Positions 16,375-25,531 of a stretch of 64,000 bases of DNA are shown in pieces; the stretch's first letter is position 1, and each line of letters starts with the position of its first letter. The notes beneath the pieces were generated by a model. That model saw only the letters and a list, made by a program, of their open reading frames with translations, was not told where the DNA came from and did no database searches. Source of the DNA: Thermoplasmata archaeon (GTDB taxonomy: Archaea > Thermoplasmatota > Thermoplasmata > Lutacidiplasmatales > UBA184); assembly GCA_035945215.1 (NCBI GenBank), contig DASZAJ010000007.1:136761-200760 (forward strand). Reading direction: 5' to 3'. The position numbers were made by a program, and so were the translations under genes.

Positions 16375-19368
16375 GTGCGCCGGAGCGGAGCGTTCGAACG
16401 GCTCGGGCACTGGCTCGTCCGGCACCCGTGGTACCCGGTGGTCTTCTGGGTCGTCCTCGCCGGGGTCGCCCTGCCGTTCCTCGGGCACATTTCCGGAGCC
16501 GAGGCGAACTCGGCGACGAGCCTCCCCGCGTCGGCCCCGAGCGCCCTGGCCTCCGACGAGCTCGCTCGACTTTTTCCCAATGAATCCCAGGCGGCCTCCT
16601 CGTCGATCGTCCTGCTCCACGGACCGGGGATCCTCGACCCGGCCCAACAGAATCTGACCGTCGTGATTTCGCAACGGATCGCGGCCGACCCGCGCTTGGT
16701 CGATCTCGCCGGGGTTTCGACCTTCTACAGCGGCTATGCGAGCTACCTTTCCGGCATGGCGCAGCTCGCCGAAGGGGTGCTCCTGCAGGCGCGACCGGGG
16801 ACCGCCGCCTACCAGGGCGAGAACGCCTCGGCGGCTTCGGTGTGGGGACCCCCCGCGACGTTCCTATCTGACTGGGAGGGCCTCGTCTCGTCGCATCCCA
16901 GCTCCCCCCCCGCCCAGTTCAATGCGCCGGCGTACAATCAGACGGCCGCCACGCTGGCCCCGGACCCTATCGAGCTCGGGGTCCTCGACGCCTTCTACGG
17001 CCACCCGGGGTCCTCGGGGTGGAACGGGACGGCGGCCTGTGCCCAGGCGCCCGCCGTGGCCCGGGCCTGTGCCACCACCATCGTTCGCTCCGGCACGGTC
17101 GTTCCGGCGCTCGTCCCATCCGGGATGCCGATCCCGGCGGCGCTGGGCGCGGCGATCGCCGATCTTGATGTCTCCAATTACACGGTCTCCGGTTCGATCG
17201 CCGGCGCCACCGAGGCGAGCCTCGTGAACGGCACGGCGCTGTCGATCGGATTCGTCGGGGCCGTCCGCGCGGCCTTCCCGATGGGGCTCGCTCCGGCGCT
17301 CGGCACGGCGGCGTCGCTCTCCGCGTGGTCCTCGGGGATCGCGGACACGACGCCCGTGGCCCAGTACCCGCTGACGGCACCCCTGGGCCTGCGCGCGCGC
17401 TTCGTCGATCCGGCGGGGACCGCGACGATCGTCGAGGTTGCGTACTCGGTGCCTTCGGGCTACACCGATGGGAACGGGACGAACCCGGTCTACGGCGACG
17501 TCGCGGAGATCCAACGGCTCGTCCAGGCCACGCTCGTCGCCATGGATCCGAACGGGACCGTCCAGGCGTGGCAGACCGGCGACGCCCCCCTCGATGCCCA
17601 GCAGAGCCAGGACCTCGCGGCGGACCTCGCCATCGTGCTGCCGCTGACCGTGGTCGTCCTGATCGGGATCACCATGGTCTACTTCCGGTCCCCCATCACC
17701 CCGCTCGTCACGTTCGGGACGCTGGGGATCGCCATCGTCCTCTCTTTCGCCGGGGTCCTCGCGATCGCCGCGACCGTCACCAAGGTGGATCCCACCGCCA
17801 TCACGCTCGCCACGACATTCGTCCTCGGGGTCGGTACCGATTATTCCGTCTTCCTCGTGGCCCGGTACCGGGAAGAACTCCTGCACGGCGCCACGCCGTC
17901 GGCGGCCGTCGTCACCACCGTCGCCTGGGCCGGCCAGAGCATCGCCACGAGCGGCGCGACGGCCATCCTCGCCACCTTGGCGCTCGCGTTCTCCGGCGTC
18001 GGGCTGCTCAGCCAGTGGGGGATCGTCCTGTCGCTGTCGGTCCTGCTCACCCTGCTCGCGTCCCTGACCCTCGTTCCCGCCGTCCTCGCGATCGTCGGCC
18101 CGAGGTTACTGTGGCCGGACACGGGGCGCCGATTCGCCGATCGGGCGCGGGCCGAGCGGGAGCGGATCGCTTCCCATCGGACGTACTTCTACCGCGCCGC
18201 CGCCCGCTCCCAACGAAGGCCCCGAACGGTCGTCCTGATCGCCCTGCTCGTCTCGGCGCCCTTGTTCTACGTCGCCCTCCAGGCGCCCCTGAGCTACAAC
18301 TTCTACGGGCAGCTTCCGTCCGGGGAGTCCGCTTCGGATGGGCTCGGAGCCCTCGGCCGGACCTTCGGTCCGGGGGAAGCGTTCCCATCGTTCACGCTCG
18401 TCACCTTCCAATCCCCGCTGCTCGTCGGGAACTCGACCAACGGAACCGAATTCACCGAGCTCGCGCAGGTGACCGACCTGATCGCGACGACCCCGGGCGC
18501 CGCCACGGTGGCGTCGCCCGTCGGGCTGCTCGGCGCGCCCTTGACGAGCTGGACGAACTTCGGCAATGCGAGCGCGCTCGAACGGACGATCCTCCGATCG
18601 ACCCTCGCCCCCTTCCTGGGGATCGACGGGCGGACCGTCTCCCTGACCTTCACCTCGACGCAGAGCGGCCTCTCGGTCGCGGCCGTGAACCTCGTCGACT
18701 CGGTCCGGCAGAGCTTGCTCGGGTATGCCCGGGACCATGCGGGGGTCCGGGCGCTCGCCTTCGGAGGAGGGGCTCAGACCACGGCTGATCTCGAGGCGCA
18801 GACGGCCCTGGCCACCGAACGGATGGTGGCGGCGGTCAGCCTCGGCCTCATCTTGGTGCTGTTCGTCGTCCTTCGTTCGCTGTGGATCCCCCCGATGGCG
18901 GTTGCCACCATCGGGCTTTCGATCGGCTGGGCCTGGGCCCTCACCTACCTGGTCATCGGTGTCGGATTCGCCGATCCGATCTTCTACTTCGTGCCCACGA
19001 TACTCTTCCTGCTCATCCTGGGCCTGGGCATCGACTACAACATCTTCCTGCTCACACGCGTCCGCGAGGAGCGGCTGGCCGGCCGGCCCGCCGGCGCGGC
19101 CGCCACGGAATCGGTCGCCCGGACCGGAGGGATCATCACGGCGGCCGCGATCATCCTGGCGAGCGCCTTCGCCGTGCTGGCCACCGGGCGCTTCCTGCTC
19201 CTGCAGACGATCGGGTTCTCGGTGGCGATCGCGATCGTCCTCGACGCCATGGTGGTCCGGACCTACCTCGTGCCGGCGTTGCTCCACCTGGGGGGCGAGC
19301 GGGTCTGGCGGCTGCCGAGTCGCCCCGTCCGAGGCCCGCCAGCCCCGCAAGAAGGCGGGGGCCGTTAG
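16375..19368 (+). CDS. MMPL/RND-superfamily membrane transporter, 12 TM with two large extracytoplasmic domains
   Basis: The first in-frame start after the Cbf5 stop is a GTG (VRRSGAFERLGHWLVRHPWYPVVFWVVLAGVALPFLG). The MMPL topology is TM1, a ~330-aa Ala/Ser/Gly/Thr-rich ectodomain with many N-x-S/T sequons, TM2-6 (GVGTDYSVFLVARYREEL), a second ectodomain, and TM7-12 (GLGIDYNIFLLTRVREE). Confidence 0.85.
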   Translation: MRRSGAFERLGHWLVRHPWYPVVFWVVLAGVALPFLGHISGAEANSATSLPASAPSALASDELARLFPNESQAASSSIVLLHGPGILDPAQQNLTVVISQRIAADPRLVDLAGVSTFYSGYASYLSGMAQLAEGVLLQARPGTAAYQGENASAASVWGPPATFLSDWEGLVSSHPSSPPAQFNAPAYNQTAATLAPDPIELGVLDAFYGHPGSSGWNGTAACAQAPAVARACATTIVRSGTVVPALVPSGMPIPAALGAAIADLDVSNYTVSGSIAGATEASLVNGTALSIGFVGAVRAAFPMGLAPALGTAASLSAWSSGIADTTPVAQYPLTAPLGLRARFVDPAGTATIVEVAYSVPSGYTDGNGTNPVYGDVAEIQRLVQATLVAMDPNGTVQAWQTGDAPLDAQQSQDLAADLAIVLPLTVVVLIGITMVYFRSPITPLVTFGTLGIAIVLSFAGVLAIAATVTKVDPTAITLATTFVLGVGTDYSVFLVARYREELLHGATPSAAVVTTVAWAGQSIATSGATAILATLALAFSGVGLLSQWGIVLSLSVLLTLLASLTLVPAVLAIVGPRLLWPDTGRRFADRARAERERIASHRTYFYRAAARSQRRPRTVVLIALLVSAPLFYVALQAPLSYNFYGQLPSGESASDGLGALGRTFGPGEAFPSFTLVTFQSPLLVGNSTNGTEFTELAQVTDLIATTPGAATVASPVGLLGAPLTSWTNFGNASALERTILRSTLAPFLGIDGRTVSLTFTSTQSGLSVAAVNLVDSVRQSLLGYARDHAGVRALAFGGGAQTTADLEAQTALATERMVAAVSLGLILVLFVVLRSLWIPPMAVATIGLSIGWAWALTYLVIGVGFADPIFYFVPTILFLLILGLGIDYNIFLLTRVREERLAGRPAGAAATESVARTGGIITAAAIILASAFAVLATGRFLLLQTIGFSVAIAIVLDAMVVRTYLVPALLHLGGERVWRLPSRPVRGPPAPQEGGGR

Positions 19369-19808
19369 CGATCGGACAGGAAGCGCTCGCGCGCGCGGGC
19401 GAGATGCGGACCGGGCAGGCCCGCGGCCACCTTGTCGAGCACCACCCCGTCGGGTCCCAGGAAGAAGGTGACCCGCTTCGCGAACCCGAACATTCCGAGC
19501 ACCCCATACGCCGCGGCGATCCCTTTCCTCGGGTCGGCGACGATCGGGAAGGCGGCGTGGCAGGCCCGCGCGAACCCCGTTTGGGTGGCGAGGTCGTCGA
19601 CGCTGATCCCCACCAGATGCACCCCTCGCTCGGAGAGCCGGGGGGCGAGCTCGGCGAACCCTCTCGTTTCGCGGCTGCACCCGGAGGTGTTCGCCTTCGG
19701 AAAGAAGAAGAGCACCACCGGGTGGCCCCGCAGTTCGGTGAGATGGACGCGCCGGCCGTCCGAGCTGGGCGCCTCGAAATCCGGGGCCGCCTCCCCGACG
19801 TCGATCAC
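19365..19808 (-). CDS. bcp: Peroxiredoxin Bcp / thiol peroxidase (AhpC-TSA family)
   Basis: VIDVGEAAPDFEAPSSDGRRVHLTELRGHPVVLFFFPKANTSGCSRE has the peroxidatic Cys in an FPK.NTSGC motif. The tool ORF extends to 19931, but the upstream part overlaps the next gene, so the probable start is the GTG at about 19808. It is convergent with MMPL and overlaps its stop. Confidence 0.8.
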   Translation of the reverse strand: MIDVGEAAPDFEAPSSDGRRVHLTELRGHPVVLFFFPKANTSGCSRETRGFAELAPRLSERGVHLVGISVDDLATQTGFARACHAAFPIVADPRKGIAAAYGVLGMFGFAKRVTFFLGPDGVVLDKVAAGLPGPHLARARERFLSDR

Positions 19809-19854
19809 GGGCCGATCCGCGGCCCGCGGTCCAGGTAGCGGGCGCCGCGGGGCG

Positions 19855-20091
19855 TCACGGGCCGGCCATGGCGACGAGGGTCTCGGTCCCCTTGATCCCG
19901 GGGATCTTGCGGATCCGGTGGACCACCGCATCGAGAGCCTGGTTGATGTGGGCGGCCTGGACCTTCGCGATCAGGTCGTACGGACCCGTCACCGCCTCGA
20001 CCTCGACGACGGTCGGCTCGGCCTTCAGGCGCCGTCGCACCTCGTCGAGCCGGCCGGCCTCGGTCTCGACGAGCAGGAACAGCGTCTCCAT
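19855..20091 (-). CDS. Stand-alone Lrp/AsnC C-terminal (RAM) ligand-binding domain protein
   Basis: A 78-aa protein, METLFLLVETEAGRLDEVRRRLKAEPTVVEVEAVTGPYDLIAKVQAAHINQALDAVVHRIRKIPGIKGTETLVAMA, is the AsnC_trans_reg fold without an HTH. Confidence 0.7.
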   Translation of the reverse strand: METLFLLVETEAGRLDEVRRRLKAEPTVVEVEAVTGPYDLIAKVQAAHINQALDAVVHRIRKIPGIKGTETLVAMAGP

Positions 20092-20196
20092 GGGGAAATC
20101 GGACAGTCCGGGCCGGGTTCATGAGGTTGCCGATGGTGCCGTCGGAGTAATCGTCGCGGCAACCCTTAAGCGGAGCCGACGGCCCCCGCCCGTCGC

Positions 20197-21408
20197 ATGG
20201 GGCTCGCGCTCCGCGAACCGGGGACCGGCGCGCTGCGGGCCGTGCGGGGCCGACCCGGCCGGCCGGTGTCGATCTATGTCTGCGGCCCCACGGTCTACGA
20301 CGATGCCCACGTCGGGCACGCGCGGACCTACCTCGTCTTCGACGTCGCCCGGCGCCAGCTCGAGGCGCAAGGACGTGCCGTCCGGCATGTGATGAACATC
20401 ACCGACTTTGAGGACAAGGTCGCCGACCGCGCGGTGGCGCTCGGGACCCGCTGGGACCTCCTCGCCCGTCGCATCGAGCGGCGGTTCCGCGCCGATCTCG
20501 ATCGCCTCGCGATCCTCCCCGCCCACCGCTACCCGAGGGCGAGCGACCACGTCCCCGCCATGCGGACGGCAGTCCGGGCGCTCGATCGCGCCCACCGCCT
20601 CGACCCTCGGGACCCGCTCCCGGTCTACCGGCCCGGGCGGCCGGGATCGCGCGGGGCGAGCGCGCCCTCGGAGGCGTCGCGACACATGGTAGCGGAAGCG
20701 GGCCGGTCGACCCCCGTCGGTCTCGACCTCGGCGAGTTCTCACTGTGGTTGCCCCCGCATCCCGGCGGCCCGGGGTGGCCGAGTCCCTGGGGGGCCGGAA
20801 CCCCCGGGTGGCACCTGGAATGCTACGTCATGGCGCGTCGATACCTGGGGTTGCCGGTCGATCTGCACGGGGGCGGTCGCGACCTCGCCTTCCCGCACCA
20901 CTACGCCGAGAGCGAGCTCGCCGGGGCGCTCGACCACTGTCCGTTCTCCCGCCAATACCTGTATGTGGAGTTCGTGACCCAGAACGGGGTCAAGATGGCC
21001 AAGTCCACCGGCAACCTGGTGTCGGTCCGTTCGGCGATCGCCCAGGCGAGCGCCCCCGCCCTGCGATGGTACCTCCTGTCGGTACCGTACGAACGCCCCC
21101 TCGAGTGGGATCCGAGGGGTCTGGCGATGGCCGAGCGCACCCTTCGGTCGGTGCGCGCGTCGCTCCGAGGAATCCTTCGTACCGTCGCCGGGGGCACGCT
21201 CCAACTCGGCGCCCTACTGCGCCTCCGCGACGCCGTCGCGCGGGATCTCGCTCGGAACCTCGGCACCGAGCGGGCCCTCGCGCGGATCGCCCGGTTCGCT
21301 GAGCAGGTCGACGCGGCGCCCCGCGGGTCGTTCCCGAGAGGTAGCCGCCCGGCCGTCGAGGGCGCCTTGCGCGACGTCGAACAGCGGATCGGGATCCGAC
21401 TTCGCTGA
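20197..21408 (+). CDS. cysS: Cysteinyl-tRNA synthetase, compact 403-aa form
   Basis: It has the Zn-binding CGPT, a HIGH motif (HVGHAR), GWHLEC, HHYAE, and a KMSKS motif (KMAKSTGN). The C-terminal anticodon-binding region is short. Confidence 0.8.
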   Translation: MGLALREPGTGALRAVRGRPGRPVSIYVCGPTVYDDAHVGHARTYLVFDVARRQLEAQGRAVRHVMNITDFEDKVADRAVALGTRWDLLARRIERRFRADLDRLAILPAHRYPRASDHVPAMRTAVRALDRAHRLDPRDPLPVYRPGRPGSRGASAPSEASRHMVAEAGRSTPVGLDLGEFSLWLPPHPGGPGWPSPWGAGTPGWHLECYVMARRYLGLPVDLHGGGRDLAFPHHYAESELAGALDHCPFSRQYLYVEFVTQNGVKMAKSTGNLVSVRSAIAQASAPALRWYLLSVPYERPLEWDPRGLAMAERTLRSVRASLRGILRTVAGGTLQLGALLRLRDAVARDLARNLGTERALARIARFAEQVDAAPRGSFPRGSRPAVEGALRDVEQRIGIRLR

Positions 21409-21441
21409 ATGTCCGATGGCGATCGCCGCCGGCGCTTCGGC

Positions 21442-22638
21442 CTAGGCCGCCTCCACGAGAAGGCTCAGTCCGTTGCCCCCGCCCATGCATAGGGTGGCCA
21501 GGCCGAGGCGTCCGCGGGATCGCAACAGCTCGTGCAGGAGCGTGACGACGATGCGCGCCCCGCTCGCGCCGATCGGGTGCCCGAGGGCCACCGCCCCGCC
21601 GTGGACGTTGAAACGGCCGTCGGGAAAACGGAACGCGCGCTGGACGGCGATCGACGCCGACGCGAAGGCCTCGTTGTGCTCGATGCGGTCGATCGCCTCG
21701 GATCGAACGCCGACGCGAGCGAGGTGTTCGGTGACCGTGGGGATCGGGGATTCCATGACGTCGGACGGGTCGACCCCGCCGACCCCGCTCGAATGGATCC
21801 ACGCGAGGGGCTCCGCCCCCCGACGCCGCGCCTCCGCCTCGCTCGCCAGCACGAGGGCCGCGGCGCCATCGGAGAGCTGCGAGGAATTCCCGGCCGTCAG
21901 GATCCCACCGGGCAGGAAGGCGGCGGGGAGCCTCGCGAGGCGCTCCAGGGTCGAGTCCCCCCGGGGCCCCTCGTCGTGATCGAGCCCGGTGGGCACGCCG
22001 GCGGTTCCCGCCGGGATGGCCACGGTCTCCCCCGCGAACGTCCCGTCGGCATTCGCCTTCGCGGCGGCGCGGTGGCTTCGGAGCGCGAACGCGTCGGCTT
22101 CCGAGCGAGTGATCCCGAACTTCCGCGCGACGCGCTCGCCGGTGAGCCCCATCGTCTCGTGGTCCCCGTACGCGTCCAGCAGCGAGTCGCGCTGCATCGC
22201 GTCGTCGAGCGTCGACGACCCAAAGCGCAGTCCCCATCGGGCCCGAGCTGAGAGCAGGAACGGCGCCGTGGACATGCTCTCCATACCTCCGGCCACGGCC
22301 AGGGAGAGGTCGCCGGCCCGGATCGACGCCGCGGCGCTGATCAGCGCCTGCATGCCCGATCCGCAGACCATGTTGGCGGTGAACGCCCCGGCGTGGTCGG
22401 GGATGCCGGCGCCCCGGAGGACTTGGCGCGCCGGGTTCTGGCCGGCCCCGGCCTGGACGCAATGACCCATGATGACGAACGGGACCTCCGCCGGCGGGAC
22501 TCGGGCGCGCTCGAGGGCGGCCCGGACGGCGAGCGTCCCGAGCGCGACCGCGGGAACCTCCCGAAGGCTCCCTCCGTACTTCCCGATCGGCGTGCGGACC
22601 GCCGCGAGGATCGCGACGCGTGGGGCGGATCCGGACAA
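21442..22638 (-). CDS. Acetyl-CoA C-acetyltransferase (thiolase II)
   Basis: NMVCGSGMQAL has the active Cys, with NEAFA...GHPIGASGARIV and a C-terminal CMGGGNG. It is a full-length thiolase. Confidence 0.9.
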   Translation of the reverse strand: MSGSAPRVAILAAVRTPIGKYGGSLREVPAVALGTLAVRAALERARVPPAEVPFVIMGHCVQAGAGQNPARQVLRGAGIPDHAGAFTANMVCGSGMQALISAAASIRAGDLSLAVAGGMESMSTAPFLLSARARWGLRFGSSTLDDAMQRDSLLDAYGDHETMGLTGERVARKFGITRSEADAFALRSHRAAAKANADGTFAGETVAIPAGTAGVPTGLDHDEGPRGDSTLERLARLPAAFLPGGILTAGNSSQLSDGAAALVLASEAEARRRGAEPLAWIHSSGVGGVDPSDVMESPIPTVTEHLARVGVRSEAIDRIEHNEAFASASIAVQRAFRFPDGRFNVHGGAVALGHPIGASGARIVVTLLHELLRSRGRLGLATLCMGGGNGLSLLVEAA

Positions 22639-22688
22639 CGGACGCCTACCGAGGTGATGGACCGATCCGACCGTTCGCCGGCGCCCGG

Positions 22689-23426
22689 TCAGTCTTCCTC
22701 GACGCGCGGCGCGAGGAGGAAGTGGCCGTCGCCCTTTCCGTTCGCGAGCGTGAATTCGATCTTCAACGGGTACTCGTTGCCGACGTGGAGGGTCACCTCG
22801 GCGCTCGACGTGATCGATTTCACCATGTTCGAAAAGAAGTCGAGCGGGTACATGCTCTTCACCGGTTCGCGCGCCTCGAGCTTTCCAAGTCCTTCCTTCC
22901 CGAGGTGCATGTCGACACGGTCCGTCTCCCCTTCGGAGTGCATCGTGAATCCGTCCGTATCGAGGGCGAGGGTGACGTGGTCAGAGATCGACTCGGTCCC
23001 GCGGATCCCCTGGCGCAGCTCCTCCATCTTGACCACGGCGATCCCGGGCGGGGCCACGTTGGGCACCTTCGGCTCGGCGATCCCCGCGGGATCGACCACC
23101 GACATGTGGCGGGTCACCTTGCCGACCTTCACGACGAGGCGGTTCTTCCCCCCGTCGAATTGCAGCTCGATCAGGTCGCCCGGCTTGGACAGCCGCAGGA
23201 TCTCCTTGAACTTCTCGATGTCGATGCCGATCTCGGTCGGCTCCCCCGTGAACTCTTCGAATCCGCCCTTGTTGAGCGAAAGGACCAGCATCGCCACGTG
23301 GGACGGATCGACCGCCTTGACCGAGACTCCGTCCTTGGAGATCGAAAGCTTCGCCTCGGGAACCAAGGTCGCAATGACCTCGACGAGCTCCCGAAGGACC
23401 TCCATCCGCATGCGCGCCTTGAACAT
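22689..23426 (-). CDS. pcn: DNA polymerase sliding clamp PCNA
   Basis: MFKARMRMEVLRELVEVIATLVPEAKLSISKDGVSVKAVDPSHVAMLVLSL is archaeal PCNA, at 245 aa. A TATA-like element (gctattaagg on the - strand) is about 40 nt upstream. Confidence 0.9.
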   Translation of the reverse strand: MFKARMRMEVLRELVEVIATLVPEAKLSISKDGVSVKAVDPSHVAMLVLSLNKGGFEEFTGEPTEIGIDIEKFKEILRLSKPGDLIELQFDGGKNRLVVKVGKVTRHMSVVDPAGIAEPKVPNVAPPGIAVVKMEELRQGIRGTESISDHVTLALDTDGFTMHSEGETDRVDMHLGKEGLGKLEAREPVKSMYPLDFFSNMVKSITSSAEVTLHVGNEYPLKIEFTLANGKGDGHFLLAPRVEED

Positions 23427-23570
23427 CCGCGGCCTCGGGCGCGGACTACACGCGTCCCCTTAATAGCCTTCGGCCCGGACGAGGATTCCTCCGACGTGAT
23501 TGGGCCGATTCCACACGTTCCGAGCACCGGTGGCGAAACCGATTCAAGGGCTGCACGGTAGCTCGCGCGT

Positions 23571-24335
23571 GTGACGGAGTCGGCGTATCTGGCGCCCATC
23601 GAAGCCGCCTACGAGCGTTCGTTCCCCGCGGTCGTCGTGTCCCGGCCGCCGGGGGGCTTGATCCTCGACCGGACCTATTTCTACCCCGTGGGCGGCGGAC
23701 AGCCGGCCGATCAGGGGTGGATCGTCGGGGAAAGCGGCGCTCGATGGCCCGTGACCAATGTGCGACGGATGGGAGAGGAGGTCGTCCACGCGCTGGGCCG
23801 ACCGCAGCTACCCGACGCGCGGCCCCTCGCCATCGGGGAGCGGGTCCGGGGTGAGATCGATTGGGAACGGAGGTACCGCCACATGCGCCTGCACACCGCC
23901 CAGCACTTCGTGAGTGCGATCCTGTTCGCCCGCACCTCCCTGCGAACTCGGGCCGCGTCGTTGAGCGGAGATCGGGCCGTCATCGACCTGGAGGCCCGCT
24001 GGCCCGCGCAGGTGGATTGGGCGTCGGTGGAGGCCGAGATCCGCGACGCCTTGCGGACCCACCGGGACGTCCGCATCGAGTTCGTGGCCCGGGCGGAGTG
24101 GGACCGGGAGCCGTCCGAGCGATCCGGCGCGGTCCCGCTGGCGGCGAAGGTCGATCCGGTGCGCGTCCTCGAGATCCACGGCGTGGACCGATGCCCGTGT
24201 GGGGGCACCCACGTACGGAACACCCGGGAGGTCGGCGAGCTCCAGCTGATGGCGCCGGTCGATCAGGCGGCCGGCGCGAGGGTCGCGTTCAGGCTCCTGG
24301 GGGCTTCGGACCATTCCGGCCGGGTGACCCCATAG
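23571..24335 (+). CDS. alaX: Alanyl-tRNA synthetase-related editing protein AlaX
   Basis: A GTG start. It has the Zn-binding motifs HTAQHF and CPCGGTHV of the AlaRS second-domain/AlaX family. Confidence 0.8.
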   Translation: MTESAYLAPIEAAYERSFPAVVVSRPPGGLILDRTYFYPVGGGQPADQGWIVGESGARWPVTNVRRMGEEVVHALGRPQLPDARPLAIGERVRGEIDWERRYRHMRLHTAQHFVSAILFARTSLRTRAASLSGDRAVIDLEARWPAQVDWASVEAEIRDALRTHRDVRIEFVARAEWDREPSERSGAVPLAAKVDPVRVLEIHGVDRCPCGGTHVRNTREVGELQLMAPVDQAAGARVAFRLLGASDHSGRVTP

Positions 24336-24835
24336 ACGAGCACATCGTGCCAGCGGCCGTGGTGGAACAGCGCGGACCGTAGCGTACCCTCCCGACGGAA
24401 ACCGAGGGATTCGAGCAGGCGGTACGACGGCACGTTCTCGACGTCCACCGTCGCCCCGACCCGCGCGAGGCGGACCTCGTGGAACAGGTAGTCGACCAGG
24501 AGGCCCACCGCCTCCTTGCCGAAACCCTTCCCGCGGGCGGATCGGTCGCCGAGGACGTACCAGACGTCGGTGGTCTCGAGGACCGGATGGGGTCGATAAT
24601 GGCCGACGAAACCGAGCGGCGCCCCGTCGGCGGTGCGTTCGATGACGAATCGGGGGGCGAGCGAGCGCGGATCATCGCCGGCGGCCCAGACGGCCGACTC
24701 GAAGGTCTCGAACGAGTCGAGCGAGAACCGATCGAACGGGGCGACGTTCTCCGGGTCGTTGTACCAATCGAACAGCTTCGGCAGGTCCGCCGCAGCCGGG
24801 GCGCGCAGTCGGAGCGCGTACCCCTGCAATAGCGG
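24263..24835 (-). CDS. GNAT family N-acetyltransferase (RimJ/RimL-like)
   Basis: The C-terminal sequence HYRPHPVLETTDVWYVLGDRSARGKGFGKEAVGLLVDYLFHEVRLARVGATVDVENVPSYRLLESLGFRREG is GNAT motif A/B. The start is uncertain. The tool ORF runs upstream into the neighbouring gene, and the start is probably just downstream of 24850. Confidence 0.75.
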   Translation of the reverse strand, partial: PLLQGYALRLRAPAAADLPKLFDWYNDPENVAPFDRFSLDSFETFESAVWAAGDDPRSLAPRFVIERTADGAPLGFVGHYRPHPVLETTDVWYVLGDRSARGKGFGKEAVGLLVDYLFHEVRLARVGATVDVENVPSYRLLESLGFRREGTLRSALFHHGRWHDVLVYGVTRPEWSEAPRSLNATLAPAA

Positions 24836-24849
24836 GACGGCGGCCACGA

Positions 24850-25242
24850 TCAATCCGGCGAAATCCGCGAACGGTCCACCCGGGGCAGTGCTCGGCCGGG
24901 GCCGGGGGTCGTCGGAAGATCCGCTTCCGGTGGGTCCGCCGATCCCTCCTCGCTCAGGGTGAGCGCGACGCGGTGCCCGCTCGGGGTGAGCGAATAGACG
25001 AGTTTGGGCTCCGTGTAGCCGATCACGTACTGTACCCGGCGGTACACGAAGCGTCCCATCTCGAGCTGCCGTAGGGTGTTCTTCACCTCGGCGAGCTCGA
25101 CCTGAGCGAACGCTCTCAGAATGCCGAATTCTGTGGTCCACTGGTCCGCCTCGAAACGGACCTGGGCGCCGCGATGGGAGAGCAGATGAATGAGGAGGGA
25201 GCGTTCGAGCCGGGTTGGCGCCTCCCGATTCATTTCGCCCAC
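24850..25242 (-). CDS. Small winged-helix DNA-binding protein (hypothetical regulator)
   Basis: A 130-aa protein with a non-random composition (LERSLLIHLLSHRGAQVRFEADQWTTEFGILRAFAQVELAEVKNTLRQLEMGRFVYRR) consistent with a wH fold. No confident family assignment. Confidence 0.45.
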   Translation of the reverse strand: MGEMNREAPTRLERSLLIHLLSHRGAQVRFEADQWTTEFGILRAFAQVELAEVKNTLRQLEMGRFVYRRVQYVIGYTEPKLVYSLTPSGHRVALTLSEEGSADPPEADLPTTPGPGRALPRVDRSRISPD

Positions 25243-25519
25243 CCCGGTTCTTGGCTAGTTCGACCCGACCGCCCGCCGGGTTCGATCGAAAGTCCCGGTG
25301 GACGGAGGGTTCCCGCCGCCCGCACAGCGCGCGCGAAAGCCCGTCCCCGGCGTGGGCCGGCCGACCGAAGGGGCCCGGATCCCCTCGAGCCGAGGACGGC
25401 CGATCGGTGGGAACGCACTCGATGGAGCAATTCGGGGGGTTTCGGGGGCCCCGAAGTGAAGATGCGTGCGCATGCGTACCGCTCGTCCGGATCGAGTGAG
25501 GTATTTAGGCGGGCTTCCC

Positions 25520-25531
25520 TATTATATATCC
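25520..25531 (+). promoter_or_regulatory. Archaeal TATA box (tattatatat) about 25 nt upstream of the epimerase start. A second TATA-like element, gtatttagg, lies at about 25501.
   Basis: A strongly AT-rich decamer in a GC-rich intergenic region sits at the right spacing from the ATG at 25553. This implies a short-leader or leaderless mRNA. Confidence 0.55.

Noticed and set aside
25288-25340. A motif resembling the RNase P RNA P4 strand (cgaaagtcccgg) in the 25243-25552 intergenic region.
   Set aside because: Only a partial match to GGAAAGUCCGGGC. The complementary P4 strand (ACAGAA..CCGGCUUA) and the other conserved regions were not found within a plausible distance.
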